A stretch of DNA of 45,215 nt from a virus. A program made the translations under genes and the position numbers. Location: positions 1-45,215 of the IMG/VR virus record IMGVR_UViG_3300029533_000005; one strand, 5' to 3'. The notes under the pieces were generated by a model. That model was not told the DNA's origin. It made no database searches and worked only from the letters and a program-made list of their open reading frames with translations. Below are positions 34,703-42,636 of the stretch, piece by piece; within the stretch, counting starts at the first letter, position 1, and every line of letters starts with the position of its first letter.

Positions 34703-35592
34703 TGGGAGAATGTTTACTGCAAAAAAATGGAGTTACGGTTGATAGTACCGCCGTAACCGCTACTGAGTCCGATGTACTGATCGGAAAGACATATATGAAA
34801 TCCAATGGTGATAAGGGTGTAGGCACAAAACCAGATAACGGATCACCCCAGAAAACTTTACCACTGAATGGGTCGATTGTACTTCCTTCTGGTTACTACA
34901 GTGGCGGCACTGTAAAATCATCTGTTCCAACATATAACGGCGAAACAATCGTTACTGGAAAAAATGCGGTAACCGTAAAAACCAGTGGAAAGTACGCAAC
35001 CGGAAACATAGAATTAAAGCCAATCGCCAACCTTACATCCGCAGTCATAAAAAAAGGCATGTATGTAGCAGGTATAGGGCCTGGAACGTGGGAAGGATAT
35101 CTCAACGAAGACCCCAACATGCCATTTTATTATGGCACTTTAGGCCCTGGCTTTACAACAGACTTGGTAAAAATTACATCAGGTAAATACACTCTCGGTA
35201 GCGCAAAAATCATAAAAGATGCATACTGGATATTTACCGGAGGATTTTACGAGGGCATTGCGATTGGATTTGCAAAAGCATTGGATTTTACTAAGTTAAG
35301 CAAAGTAAAAATCATAGCCGATAAAATTCAAGGAAAAGGTCTTAGCCTGCTGATAACAGAAAATTATTTTACAGACCAGTTAGCAAATGCTATGGGCAAT
35401 GAATGGTTGACAAGTCTTGGAGCCATCGTTGATGTAAGAATAATGACAGCCGATGGACAAACAGAATGGGTCCTTAACCTTGACAACTATACATCAGATC
35501 AAAGATCAAAAATGAAGTATATATATGTGTTCCTTGGAATCCAGTCATCAGCAGAATGTGAATATAATATTTATAAAATTCAATGTGTATAA
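34702..35592 (+). CDS. tail fibre-like protein
   Basis: A 296-aa ORF whose N-terminal motif is shared with the ORF at 34280. Confidence 0.4.
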   Translation: MGECLLQKNGVTVDSTAVTATESDVLIGKTYMKSNGDKGVGTKPDNGSPQKTLPLNGSIVLPSGYYSGGTVKSSVPTYNGETIVTGKNAVTVKTSGKYATGNIELKPIANLTSAVIKKGMYVAGIGPGTWEGYLNEDPNMPFYYGTLGPGFTTDLVKITSGKYTLGSAKIIKDAYWIFTGGFYEGIAIGFAKALDFTKLSKVKIIADKIQGKGLSLLITENYFTDQLANAMGNEWLTSLGAIVDVRIMTADGQTEWVLNLDNYTSDQRSKMKYIYVFLGIQSSAECEYNIYKIQCV

Positions 35593-35602
35593 GGAGAAAC
35601 AA

Positions 35603-36334
35603 ATGGAAGAAAATAAACCACTTGCAACCGAAACCGAATATCCAGATTCAGACACCGACATTATCAACGGAGACGGAACACCGATCATCGACACATCAGA
35701 CCAGAATGTTGACACCGCCCAGGAGGAGTCTAATACTTCGAAGTCTGATTCAGAAGAAAGCACAGAGAATAGCAGCACCACAAATACGGAAGAAAACGGA
35801 GCGGAAAAGGATACCACCACAGAGGTTGTCACAGATCCAGCAAATGATCCAGCAACTCTTGAGTCCGCACTACTGGTGTCTACCTATGCTGCTTTGAACA
35901 AACTGGCCGATTATGTACCGACTGAGTACGTCAATAATTCAGAACCGGATATTGACGCAGAGCATCTCAATAACACAGAACAGGGGCTTTTACGGGTGAC
36001 TAACCTGTTAAACGGTGCGGTAGATGTGATCAATGATTTACAATCCACTGTGGCGAAGCAGGCCAGTGCGATTGATACGCTAAATAGCAAGAAAGTATTA
36101 GAGATTGCAAAAACAACGGCAAAATCTAATAGTGCCGGGAATTGTATCTTTCAATACCCAACAGGCTTTACACAAAGCAGTACATTACTACTGTGTGTAA
36201 AATATATCAATAACAGCTCACGACCTATTATTAAGAATGGAGAGACTGAGCTTTGGGGTGGAAGCATCGAAGTAAAAAATCTTAATGTTCAAGAGGGAAC
36301 AGAAGTTACTGCTTTTTTAGCAAAAATCATATAG
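35603..36334 (+). CDS. tail fibre / receptor-binding protein with a switchable C-terminus (constant part up to Ser162, current C-terminal cassette C0 of 81 aa)
   Basis: Start reset to ATG 35603 after AAGGAGAAAC. This is the last structural gene. It contains recombination-site copy 0 in frame (cta aat agc aag = LNSK). Confidence 0.6.
   Translation: MEENKPLATETEYPDSDTDIINGDGTPIIDTSDQNVDTAQEESNTSKSDSEESTENSSTTNTEENGAEKDTTTEVVTDPANDPATLESALLVSTYAALNKLADYVPTEYVNNSEPDIDAEHLNNTEQGLLRVTNLLNGAVDVINDLQSTVAKQASAIDTLNSKKVLEIAKTTAKSNSAGNCIFQYPTGFTQSSTLLLCVKYINNSSRPIIKNGETELWGGSIEVKNLNVQEGTEVTAFLAKII
36078..36090 (+). other. putative recombination site, copy 0 (cgcTAAATAGCAA) inside the tail fibre gene
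   Basis: It shares 13 nt with copy 1 (in inverted orientation) and a 10-11 nt core with copies 2 and 3. The codon phase is the same at all coding copies. Confidence 0.6.
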
Positions 36335-36338
36335 TAAT

Positions 36339-36662
36339 TCAAAATCTTCCAATAAAGATAGGATTTTCGTATGTTGCACATTTAAAAATTACCGTTTTTT
36401 TATCAGTAGCAATGGATGCAGTTGCATTAGTCGTGCCGGTGAAATCTGATATCTGGATAAGTTCACATGAATTAAATACGCCGCCACTTTGTCCAAGCCG
36501 CACTATGTATAGTTCACTTCGACAAAGGCAGAATATACCTTGATCGGCAATTTGCGGTTTGATCTGATAGGTGGAAATTCCACCAGATGATGATGTCGAT
36601 GATGGAATAAGCATTCTTTTATTAAATTTGGCTTCAATTCTAGCCTCTATATTGCTATTTAG
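36339..36662 (-). CDS. promoter-less alternative tail-fibre C-terminal cassette CA (about 104 aa after LNS)
   Basis: The minus-strand ORF opens at site copy 1 in phase (cta aat agc aat ata gag = LNSNIE) and converges on the fibre stop 5 nt away. No convincing RBS or ATG lies upstream. Confidence 0.55.
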   Translation of the reverse strand, partial: LNSNIEARIEAKFNKRMLIPSSTSSSGGISTYQIKPQIADQGIFCLCRSELYIVRLGQSGGVFNSCELIQISDFTGTTNATASIATDKKTVIFKCATYENPIFIGRF

Positions 36663-36664
36663 CG
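36651..36664 (-). other. putative recombination site, copy 1 (cgcTAAATAGCAAT on the minus strand)
   Basis: Read directly: plus strand attgctatttagcg. It is inverted relative to copy 0. Confidence 0.6.
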
Positions 36665-36683
36665 GCTTAAAAAATCCATAAAA

Positions 36684-36717
36684 GCGGCTCATGAGAAAAT
36701 TCATGGGTCGCTTTTTT
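36684..36717 (+). terminator. strong plus-strand intrinsic terminator just outside the first invertible segment
   Basis: An 11-bp stem gcggcucauga/ucaugggucgc (two G.U pairs, which would be C.A mismatches on the other strand), a 6-nt loop, then UUUUUU. Confidence 0.7.
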
Positions 36718-36879
36718 ATCCGAAAAAGGTTGATTTTTTGATCGCTAGTATTAAAATAAAAAACGAGTGGACATCTACCCTCGCAAAGTACCTGCCCACT
36801 CAATCTCTCAATGAGATCGGGTCTATTATACCACGATCTCTATTTGAGCACAACAAAAATAAAAAGGAGATTGTGCGGT

Positions 36880-37875
36880 ATGTCTAACGAAATCAGAAAT
36901 CAAATTATCATGGAACTTCAAAAAGAATTCACGGCTGACCAGCTGAAAATCATTGATTTAGCAGTAGCAAAGGCAATGAGGGGATACAGAATAGAAAAAG
37001 AAGAAACGCTTCCGGCTCCAACAGTGTATGAGTTGCCATATGACATACGAGAATTCATAGCCAGAAAGAAGCTGAAAGGCTGTTCTGACGGCACAATAGA
37101 ACAGTATGGTAATTTACTCAAAGATTTTACATTGTGGCTTAAAAAGGATTTGAGAAGCGTACAGGACATAGATATTTTGGCTTATCTGGACTGGAGAGCG
37201 AAGCTTGGTGCAGGTATGCGCACGTTGGACGGCAAGCGGCTTATCTTATCATCTTTTTACACGTATATGCATGATACAGGTAAAATGGCATATAATCCAT
37301 GTAAAGCCGTTGACCCGGTTAAATACAAAGCCAAAATAAGGCAGCCTTTAACAGATATGGAGTTAGAACAGGTTCGTTCTTCTTGCAAGACGCTACGTGA
37401 GAAAGCGCTATTTGAGACTCTGTATGCTACGGGATGCCGTGTCAGCGAGATTGTTGGAATTGATTACGCAGAGATAGACAAGAAATCTAGGTGTGTGGTG
37501 ATCACCGGAAAAGGAGACCAGGAACGTCTGGTATTTTTGAACGCTAAAGCCATGTTTGCAATCGAAAAATATATTGAAAGCAGAAATGATGATACCCCGG
37601 CTCTTTTCGTGTCTTCCAGGGCTCCATATGGCCGACTAGGGAAAGAAGCCATTGAAAGAGAGATAAAGGCCATCGGAAAACGTTCTGGAATCGGTAGGTC
37701 AGTATTCCCGCATCTTATGCGCCATACCTTTGCAACGGATATGTTGGAGCATGGTGCATCACTGAATGAGGTTTCCGATCTTTTAGGTCATAAAAAGCTG
37801 GATACCACAAAGATTTATGCAAAGACCAGCGTGAGATCCCTTGAAATTGCATATAAACGTCATCATGCAGCATAA
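36880..37875 (+). CDS. tyrosine recombinase (XerC/D- or Rci-like), candidate shufflon invertase
   Basis: Catalytic pattern ATGCRVSE (R), GKGDQER (K), HLMRHTFAT (HxxR) and LLGHKKLDTTKIYAKT (H...Y). The gene sits between site copies 1 and 2. Start reset to ATG 36880 after AAAGGAG. Confidence 0.8.
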   Translation: MSNEIRNQIIMELQKEFTADQLKIIDLAVAKAMRGYRIEKEETLPAPTVYELPYDIREFIARKKLKGCSDGTIEQYGNLLKDFTLWLKKDLRSVQDIDILAYLDWRAKLGAGMRTLDGKRLILSSFYTYMHDTGKMAYNPCKAVDPVKYKAKIRQPLTDMELEQVRSSCKTLREKALFETLYATGCRVSEIVGIDYAEIDKKSRCVVITGKGDQERLVFLNAKAMFAIEKYIESRNDDTPALFVSSRAPYGRLGKEAIEREIKAIGKRSGIGRSVFPHLMRHTFATDMLEHGASLNEVSDLLGHKKLDTTKIYAKTSVRSLEIAYKRHHAA

Positions 37876-37905
37876 GGCACAATAAGAAAATAACGTTTTA
37901 AAAAT

Positions 37906-37928
37906 AGACTGCCGTAGGTGGTCTTTTT
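37906..37928 (+). terminator. intrinsic terminator after the recombinase gene
   Basis: Stem agacugcc/gguggucu (with G.U pairs), 3-nt loop, then UUUUU. Confidence 0.5.
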
Positions 37929-37996
37929 GGCGTGAGAAAACGAAAATGTATAAATAATATTTTTTTGGAATATATTTACTTGATAGAATTGCAAGA

Positions 37997-38007
37997 TAAA
38001 TAGCAAT
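37997..38007 (+). other. putative recombination site, copy 2 (TAAATAGCAAT)
   Basis: Read directly. In phase it is followed by only a 9-codon tail (GGTFSDVKL stop). Confidence 0.55.
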
Positions 38008-38031
38008 GGTGGTACTTTTAGTGATGTAAAA

Positions 38032-38532
38032 CTATGATACTTCGGTCAACGACGGCGCATACCAATGCCATCCAGTGGAATTCCGACCAAAAACTACCAT
38101 TCTTGGATTATCAGATATTAAGATACACCAGCCATAGTTAACTGAAGTGCGCATCCATAAGATGCTAAATCCGGATGTACCAAAATATCCGTCAGAATCT
38201 GATGGTTCTACACGAACAAATGTACATTTACCTGGCGTACCATTATTTTTTACCCATTCACCAATATTGGATAATTTCCCGCTCAGAGAAATGTAGTCTA
38301 CGCCATTGTATTGGGTCACGCCTAAATAATCCTTTGTGGCAAGCAGTTTTTCGGATCCCCATGCACCATTGGTCTGTGCATTCACAGCTATGGACTTATC
38401 TTCTTCATTCATCCGTAGCATTAACAAACTGTTAGTAATTTTGTTGATTAAGTACATATATGGACCATTGTCAACTTTACCGATTACCAATTTGGCATTT
38501 TCAGATTGGAAGTTACTCAAATTGCTATTTAT
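38032..38532 (-). CDS. promoter-less alternative tail-fibre C-terminal cassette CB (about 163 aa after INS)
   Basis: The minus-strand ORF opens at site copy 3 in phase (ata aat agc aat ttg agt = INSNLS). A stop lies 2 codons further upstream. There is no RBS and no ATG. The sequence is beta-rich. Confidence 0.55.
   Translation of the reverse strand: MNSNLSNFQSENAKLVIGKVDNGPYMYLINKITNSLLMLRMNEEDKSIAVNAQTNGAWGSEKLLATKDYLGVTQYNGVDYISLSGKLSNIGEWVKNNGTPGKCTFVRVEPSDSDGYFGTSGFSILWMRTSVNYGWCILISDNPRMVVFGRNSTGWHWYAPSLTEVS
38521..38531 (-). other. putative recombination site, copy 3 (TAAATAGCAAT on the minus strand)
   Basis: Read directly: plus strand attgctattta. It is inverted relative to copies 0 and 2. 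Confidence 0.55.
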
Positions 38533-38598
38533 TCTTTATAATTCTGAAATTCTTCAAAACTCCTCATAGAATATTTATACACTTAAATTTTAAATACT

Positions 38599-38622
38599 TC
38601 GTGTTGTATTTCGTGTTGTATT
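38599..38622 (+). repeat. tandem 12-mer (TCGTGTTGTATT x2), candidate integrase arm-type sites (P arm)
   Basis: Read directly. The same tandem pair recurs at 38805..38828, on the other side of the tRNA-like core. Confidence 0.6.
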
Positions 38623-38736
38623 TTTGTCTTAAATACTGTAAAATAGTATCAAATATGATATTTAAGTAAAATTTACGAGAGTTAAGAATACGCATAAATA
38701 AGGGAAATAGAGCAATTACGCAGTTTTTGAATGTAA

Positions 38737-38768
38737 GCGTTAGACGGGTTCGAGTCCCGTCTCGCGCT
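38737..38768 (+). other. attP core: 3' fragment of a tRNA gene (T arm, acceptor 3' strand and U73; Gly-like)
   Basis: acggg-ttcgagt-cccgt followed by ctcgcgc-t. No matching 5' half lies upstream. It sits next to the integrase gene. Confidence 0.6.
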
Positions 38769-38776
38769 CTCGAAAA

Positions 38777-38800
38777 GCCTAGTAAATACTAGGCTTTTTT
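38777..38800 (+). terminator. hairpin plus T-run following the tRNA fragment (overlaps the integrase stop codon)
   Basis: gcctagta/tactaggc followed by tttttt. Confidence 0.55.
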
Positions 38801-39922
38801 CTTTTCGTGTTGTATTTCGTGTTGTATTTTACTTTCAAAGTAAGAATCTATTTTGTTATCTACCATTTTTCTTTCCTCAGAAAATGTTTGAATATACACC
38901 TTTTTCATTATTTTATCATTCTTCCAGCCACCTCGTTCCTGGGCGTAATTGTCCGGGATCTGTAAAAGAGCCATTACGGAAGCACTTACGTGCCGCAGAT
39001 CATGAAAGGTGATCGGCTCCATTCCGGCTTTTTTCTGGAGCTTAATCCATCGGTGATAAAGCGCTTTTCCACTGATCGGAACCAGGACATCGCCATCCAC
39101 TTGGTCGATCAAGTTCATGATATATGGTGGGATTCTGTGAGATCTTCTTCGTGTAGGTTCTTTTGGATCTCCCTTTCTGACAGGCTTTCCGTCTACGTCT
39201 ACAACTACCTCATTGATCGTGATACATCCGTCTTTGATGGATTTTGATTTTGTAAGACCACGTACCTCAGACATGGAAAAGGATAACCACATAGCCAGCA
39301 GTACCGGGAGTTCAATATCCGTCCCACGTACCAGGTCAATCACAACGTCAGCCGTGGGCAGCTCCGGGATACGATCCGGAACAGATGGAAGATGTATCTC
39401 CTGTGTGTCAATGTTCTTTTTGTATTTGTGGAGTGTAGCACTCACCAGTCCCCACTCATTTTTTAGACGCTTTGCAGACAATGGTCTTTTGGCTCTTCCG
39501 TTAGTTGTGCGTTTCGACTCCATCGTAACAGCTTCTTGCAGGATCATTTCGTCAATGTCTTTTAGCTTCAACTCAAAGAGATCCTGGAATCCGTTGTTCA
39601 AAATGCAGTGGTAGTCCTGGATCGTACAAGGAGACCGATTAAGCGACACGCACATATCTATGTACTTTTCAGCCGCTTCTCTCAGTGTCATGTTATCAAG
39701 CGTATACTGCATGGATGCGTTGCTTTTTGGTTTATTTGCCAGCCATTCAGCGGCGGCTCGCTCCGCTTCCTTTTTCCCGGCTTTGCCTGGAAGATCAGAG
39801 GTAAAAGAGCGGTATCGTTTTACCTTTTTTAGTTCTCCGGTCTTTTCGTCCAACACGTTTTCCGTGTGGCTAAAGACCAGACACCGCCATGATCCAGACG
39901 GCAATTTCTTTGCATTTGCCAT
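38789..39922 (-). CDS. int: phage integrase (tyrosine recombinase)
   Basis: Start reset to MANAKKLPSGSWR after GGAGGATAC. Motifs ...SEVRGL, FHDLRHVSAS and GGWKNDKIMKKVYIQ are present. It lies adjacent to attP. Confidence 0.85.
   Translation of the reverse strand: MANAKKLPSGSWRCLVFSHTENVLDEKTGELKKVKRYRSFTSDLPGKAGKKEAERAAAEWLANKPKSNASMQYTLDNMTLREAAEKYIDMCVSLNRSPCTIQDYHCILNNGFQDLFELKLKDIDEMILQEAVTMESKRTTNGRAKRPLSAKRLKNEWGLVSATLHKYKKNIDTQEIHLPSVPDRIPELPTADVVIDLVRGTDIELPVLLAMWLSFSMSEVRGLTKSKSIKDGCITINEVVVDVDGKPVRKGDPKEPTRRRSHRIPPYIMNLIDQVDGDVLVPISGKALYHRWIKLQKKAGMEPITFHDLRHVSASVMALLQIPDNYAQERGGWKNDKIMKKVYIQTFSEERKMVDNKIDSYFESKIQHEIQHEKKKA
38805..38828 (+). repeat. tandem 12-mer (TCGTGTTGTATT x2), candidate arm-type sites (P' arm) embedded in the integrase 3' coding end
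   Basis: Read directly. On the minus strand it encodes the EIQHEIQHE tail of the integrase. Confidence 0.6.
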
Positions 39923-40138
39923 AGTGTATCCTCCTTTTGGGTATAAAAAATACAGCCTTACCAGATTTTGGAAATTTATCTTGCATGGCTGAGTCTGGGA
40001 TGATACAATAAGAGTGTAGGTTGATAGTGTATCATCCCAATTATTCAAAACGTCTGGTGTTGCAGCACCAGGCGTTTTTTCTGTGGGTACAAATTCCAAC
40101 GTGCTTTTTGATACAATAAAAAGAAAAAGGGTGATCTT

Positions 40139-40357
40139 ATGTATATATCAAAAAAGCGATGGCAGGAATTAGAAAAACGTGTTGCTGAGTTAGAAAAATC
40201 TTCTAAACCTTATAAGGTTAATCTATCTGTGATGAAAGATACTTTAAGAGAAGCTTTGCAAGCTTCCTCTCGTCCAGATCCACAACATCTGAATCAATCA
40301 GAATATCCATCACAGTCTGAACAGACAGAGAGACCGAAAGCTCAAGACAATTTCTGA
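40139..40357 (+). CDS. hypothetical coiled-coil protein
   Basis: A 72-aa ORF divergent from int. The RBS is weak and there is a competing antisense ORF at 40218..40412. Confidence 0.3.
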   Translation: MYISKKRWQELEKRVAELEKSSKPYKVNLSVMKDTLREALQASSRPDPQHLNQSEYPSQSEQTERPKAQDNF

Positions 40358-40432
40358 TTGCTTTAGAAGTTAATAGCTCAAGAGAATCCTGGTCAGAAAT
40401 ATTCTTGAACAATTCTTCTAAAATTCTATCCT

Positions 40433-41074
40433 CTAATCAAGCCCTATCTGTGCTTTGGTATAAAGTTTACCATTCATAAAATATAATGTAGCGGCGCTTC
40501 CGCTAGAAACCGCATCACCGTACCATACATATGCTGTAAGGTTGGAATCCAAAATCGAAGATTCAACCAGTGGTTCTCCTTCGCTTCCAATGATTTTCAC
40601 GCATTGCTCATAAGTCATTCCAGTTTCGCATCTTTTATATTCATCCAATGTGATGTATATATCATCATGATTTATGCTCACAAAACTTTCCATCAACTCA
40701 AAGAAGATAACAAAGAATATAAAAAACGTAAAAACAAATAAAAGAACTTTCTTTTTAACTGACCATAAACCATAACGTTCTTTTTGAGAGAAAGGAACGT
40801 CCTTTTCTTCCAGAACAACACCAGGAGCATAATTCTTTATGTAAGGTATTGCCCTGGAAACAGGTTCATTTCCATTTCTTCGGAAGCAGAACGTATGTAT
40901 ATTACCAACATCTAGTTTAAATCGCAAAAATCCGTATCTTGAGTTATCTGCATACTGGTACTCAATGCTTACTAACCCATCATAGCCAAATCTTATGTCT
41001 TTTTCTGGGAATTCTTTTATTCGGATTCCGTTCCTTCCGATATATAAGGTTTGTCCAACTCCCTTTACGCTCAT
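40433..41074 (-). CDS. membrane protein with a C-terminal DUF3862 / BLIP-like domain; candidate superinfection-exclusion moron
   Basis: The central TM is VLLFVFTFFIFFVIFFEL. The C-terminus ITLDEYKRCETGMTYEQCVKIIGSEGE...YVWYGD...LYFMNGKLYTKAQIGL fits the DUF3862 pattern. Confidence 0.5.
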   Translation of the reverse strand: MSVKGVGQTLYIGRNGIRIKEFPEKDIRFGYDGLVSIEYQYADNSRYGFLRFKLDVGNIHTFCFRRNGNEPVSRAIPYIKNYAPGVVLEEKDVPFSQKERYGLWSVKKKVLLFVFTFFIFFVIFFELMESFVSINHDDIYITLDEYKRCETGMTYEQCVKIIGSEGEPLVESSILDSNLTAYVWYGDAVSSGSAATLYFMNGKLYTKAQIGLD

Positions 41075-41086
41075 AAAACGTTCTCC

Positions 41087-41554
41087 TTATGATGCTTTTT
41101 TCTCTTTATCGGTTTTATATCCGTATTTTTTAAATCCCAACAACCGTGTAGTGTATCCAGTAAGTATGGCAAGCTGATCAATGGAGTATCCTGGGTGATC
41201 TTCAATTAGTTTATCTGGAATTAGTAGTTCGGCTGCAAATGTGTGAGCTTCGATTTCCACACGGTCACGGTTGTATCTGGTGTAGGAATAGAAATAATAG
41301 TCATCTGGGTGCAAAACGGCATGACCCAATTCATGGGCAGTAACCATTGTCCTCATGGGTCTTTCAAGTGTCACATTGACAAAAATAACCATTTGACCCT
41401 CTAACTTTATGCAACAACCTGGGACTTTCCCCAGATTCCCCTCTTGTACAAGGTATCCCATATCACCTGCAAGCCTATATGGGTTTCTTGTGCCATACAT
41501 GTTGACAAGTTCCAGTACTTTTTCTTTTATTTCTTCTTTCCTACCCATACGCAT
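41087..41554 (-). CDS. immA: ImmA/IrrE-family metallopeptidase
   Basis: HELGHAVLH, then EIEAHTFAAELLIP. It lies downstream of the XRE repressor, as in ImmR-ImmA pairs. Confidence 0.8.
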   Translation of the reverse strand: MRMGRKEEIKEKVLELVNMYGTRNPYRLAGDMGYLVQEGNLGKVPGCCIKLEGQMVIFVNVTLERPMRTMVTAHELGHAVLHPDDYYFYSYTRYNRDRVEIEAHTFAAELLIPDKLIEDHPGYSIDQLAILTGYTTRLLGFKKYGYKTDKEKKAS

Positions 41555-41561
41555 AAGCCCC

Positions 41562-41933
41562 TTACTTCTTTCTCTTCAATCGGATTGTTTCAAGCGCAAT
41601 TTCAATTTGCTTCTGGAGCAATTCAGCACTTTCCGGGTCGATTGGTTTTCCGTCAAACATCAGTGTATCAGCGCTTAAAATCTCATCCATTTGAAGGTTC
41701 ATATTTACAACTCTGCTTCTTTCAACTTCTTCTGCGTTTTCCTCCTTTCCTGTAAGAATATAGTTAATGGATACACCAAAATACTCCGATACTATTTTTG
41801 CCAACTTTGTACTGCATACGGAATCCTTTGTTTTCCATGTGCTGATTGTTGACGTGCTAACCCCTGTGTCTTTGCAAAAACGGTAAGTTGTAATGCCCCG
41901 TGCATCGCATAGACTTTTAAAAACTTCGTACAT
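41562..41933 (-). CDS. immR: XRE-family (CI-like / ImmR) repressor
   Basis: The HTH is ITTYRFCKDTGVSTSTISTWKTKDSVCSTKLAKIVSEYFGVSINYIL. It is divergent from the early operon. Confidence 0.8.
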   Translation of the reverse strand: MYEVFKSLCDARGITTYRFCKDTGVSTSTISTWKTKDSVCSTKLAKIVSEYFGVSINYILTGKEENAEEVERSRVVNMNLQMDEILSADTLMFDGKPIDPESAELLQKQIEIALETIRLKRKK

Positions 41934-41976
41934 AGTCCACCTCTAAAAAATAGTTTAAAAAAGCGAGGCAAAACTA

Positions 41977-42005
41977 TTGACTAGTTCGTTTTTACGTGCT
42001 ATAGT
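41977..42005 (+). promoter_or_regulatory. early rightward promoter (TTGACT-17 nt-TATAGT) with TAGTTCG operator half-sites
   Basis: Read directly. ATAGTTCGGT (42012-42021) and its reverse complement ACCGAACTAT (42094-42103) lie downstream, with a variant CTAGTTCGTT in the spacer. Confidence 0.6.
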
Positions 42006-42178
42006 ATACCTATAGTTCGGTGAAACGAGCTAAAACAATAAAATGCCACTTTAAAATGATATATTTCGTTCGACAAGCCAAGTATATCACTAAACCGAAC
42101 TATGCGCAAGCATTAAAACGTTTTTTTGAAGTAGAAATTATTATTTTTTGGAATGGAGGTGTCTACTATTTGTTGAAG

Positions 42179-42358
42179 ATGTATACCTGCGGGGAGATTG
42201 CAGAGAGATACGGAGTAAAAATCATTACTGTGTGGGAATGGATCAGATTAAAAAAACTTCCTGCGATCCGTATTGGTAAAGAGTACCGCATTAAAGAAGA
42301 TGATCTCAAAGAGTTTGAAGAATCCAGGAGAACTGTTAGAAGAGGAAGGGGAGAGTGA
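42179..42358 (+). CDS. excisionase-family / Cro-like HTH protein
   Basis: MYTCGEIAERYGVKIITVWEWIRLKKLPAIRIGKEYRIKEDDL. The in-frame TTG at 42170 lies closer to the GGAGG and may be the true start. Confidence 0.6.
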   Translation: MYTCGEIAERYGVKIITVWEWIRLKKLPAIRIGKEYRIKEDDLKEFEESRRTVRRGRGE

Positions 42359-42636
42359 TGGACGCACTTGAATTTAATAAAGCCGTCAGCCAGCATTGCA
42401 AGGAGTCTGGTGGAGACTGCTGTAAATGCGACCTTCGGCTTTACTGTTACTTATCGCCTAGTGAGCGACCAGATGAATTGGTAAGCCTGGTTATTGATTT
42501 TTTGCATAACCACACTGGAAACCAAAATCATTATTGCCATCACAGTGCGGCTTCATTTCCTTGTATTGATGATATGGACATGAGCAGCGCAGTAGGCGGC
42601 GATTGTTACCAGAAACCTCATACTCTTCATAAATAG
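42355..42636 (+). CDS. hypothetical cysteine-rich early protein
   Basis: A 93-aa ORF with an ATGA overlap to the upstream gene. The CCKCDLRLYC pattern is seen in small phage proteins. Confidence 0.45.
   Translation: MMDALEFNKAVSQHCKESGGDCCKCDLRLYCYLSPSERPDELVSLVIDFLHNHTGNQNHYCHHSAASFPCIDDMDMSSAVGGDCYQKPHTLHK

Noticed and set aside
36704-36803. An independent start (TTG 36803 or ATG 36704/36692) for the minus-strand ORF 36339..36803
   Set aside because: No SD precedes any candidate start. The stretch overlaps the plus-strand terminator hairpin. The ORF is in phase with the recombination core at 36651-36664. It is interpreted as a promoter-less cassette whose upstream open frame is incidental.
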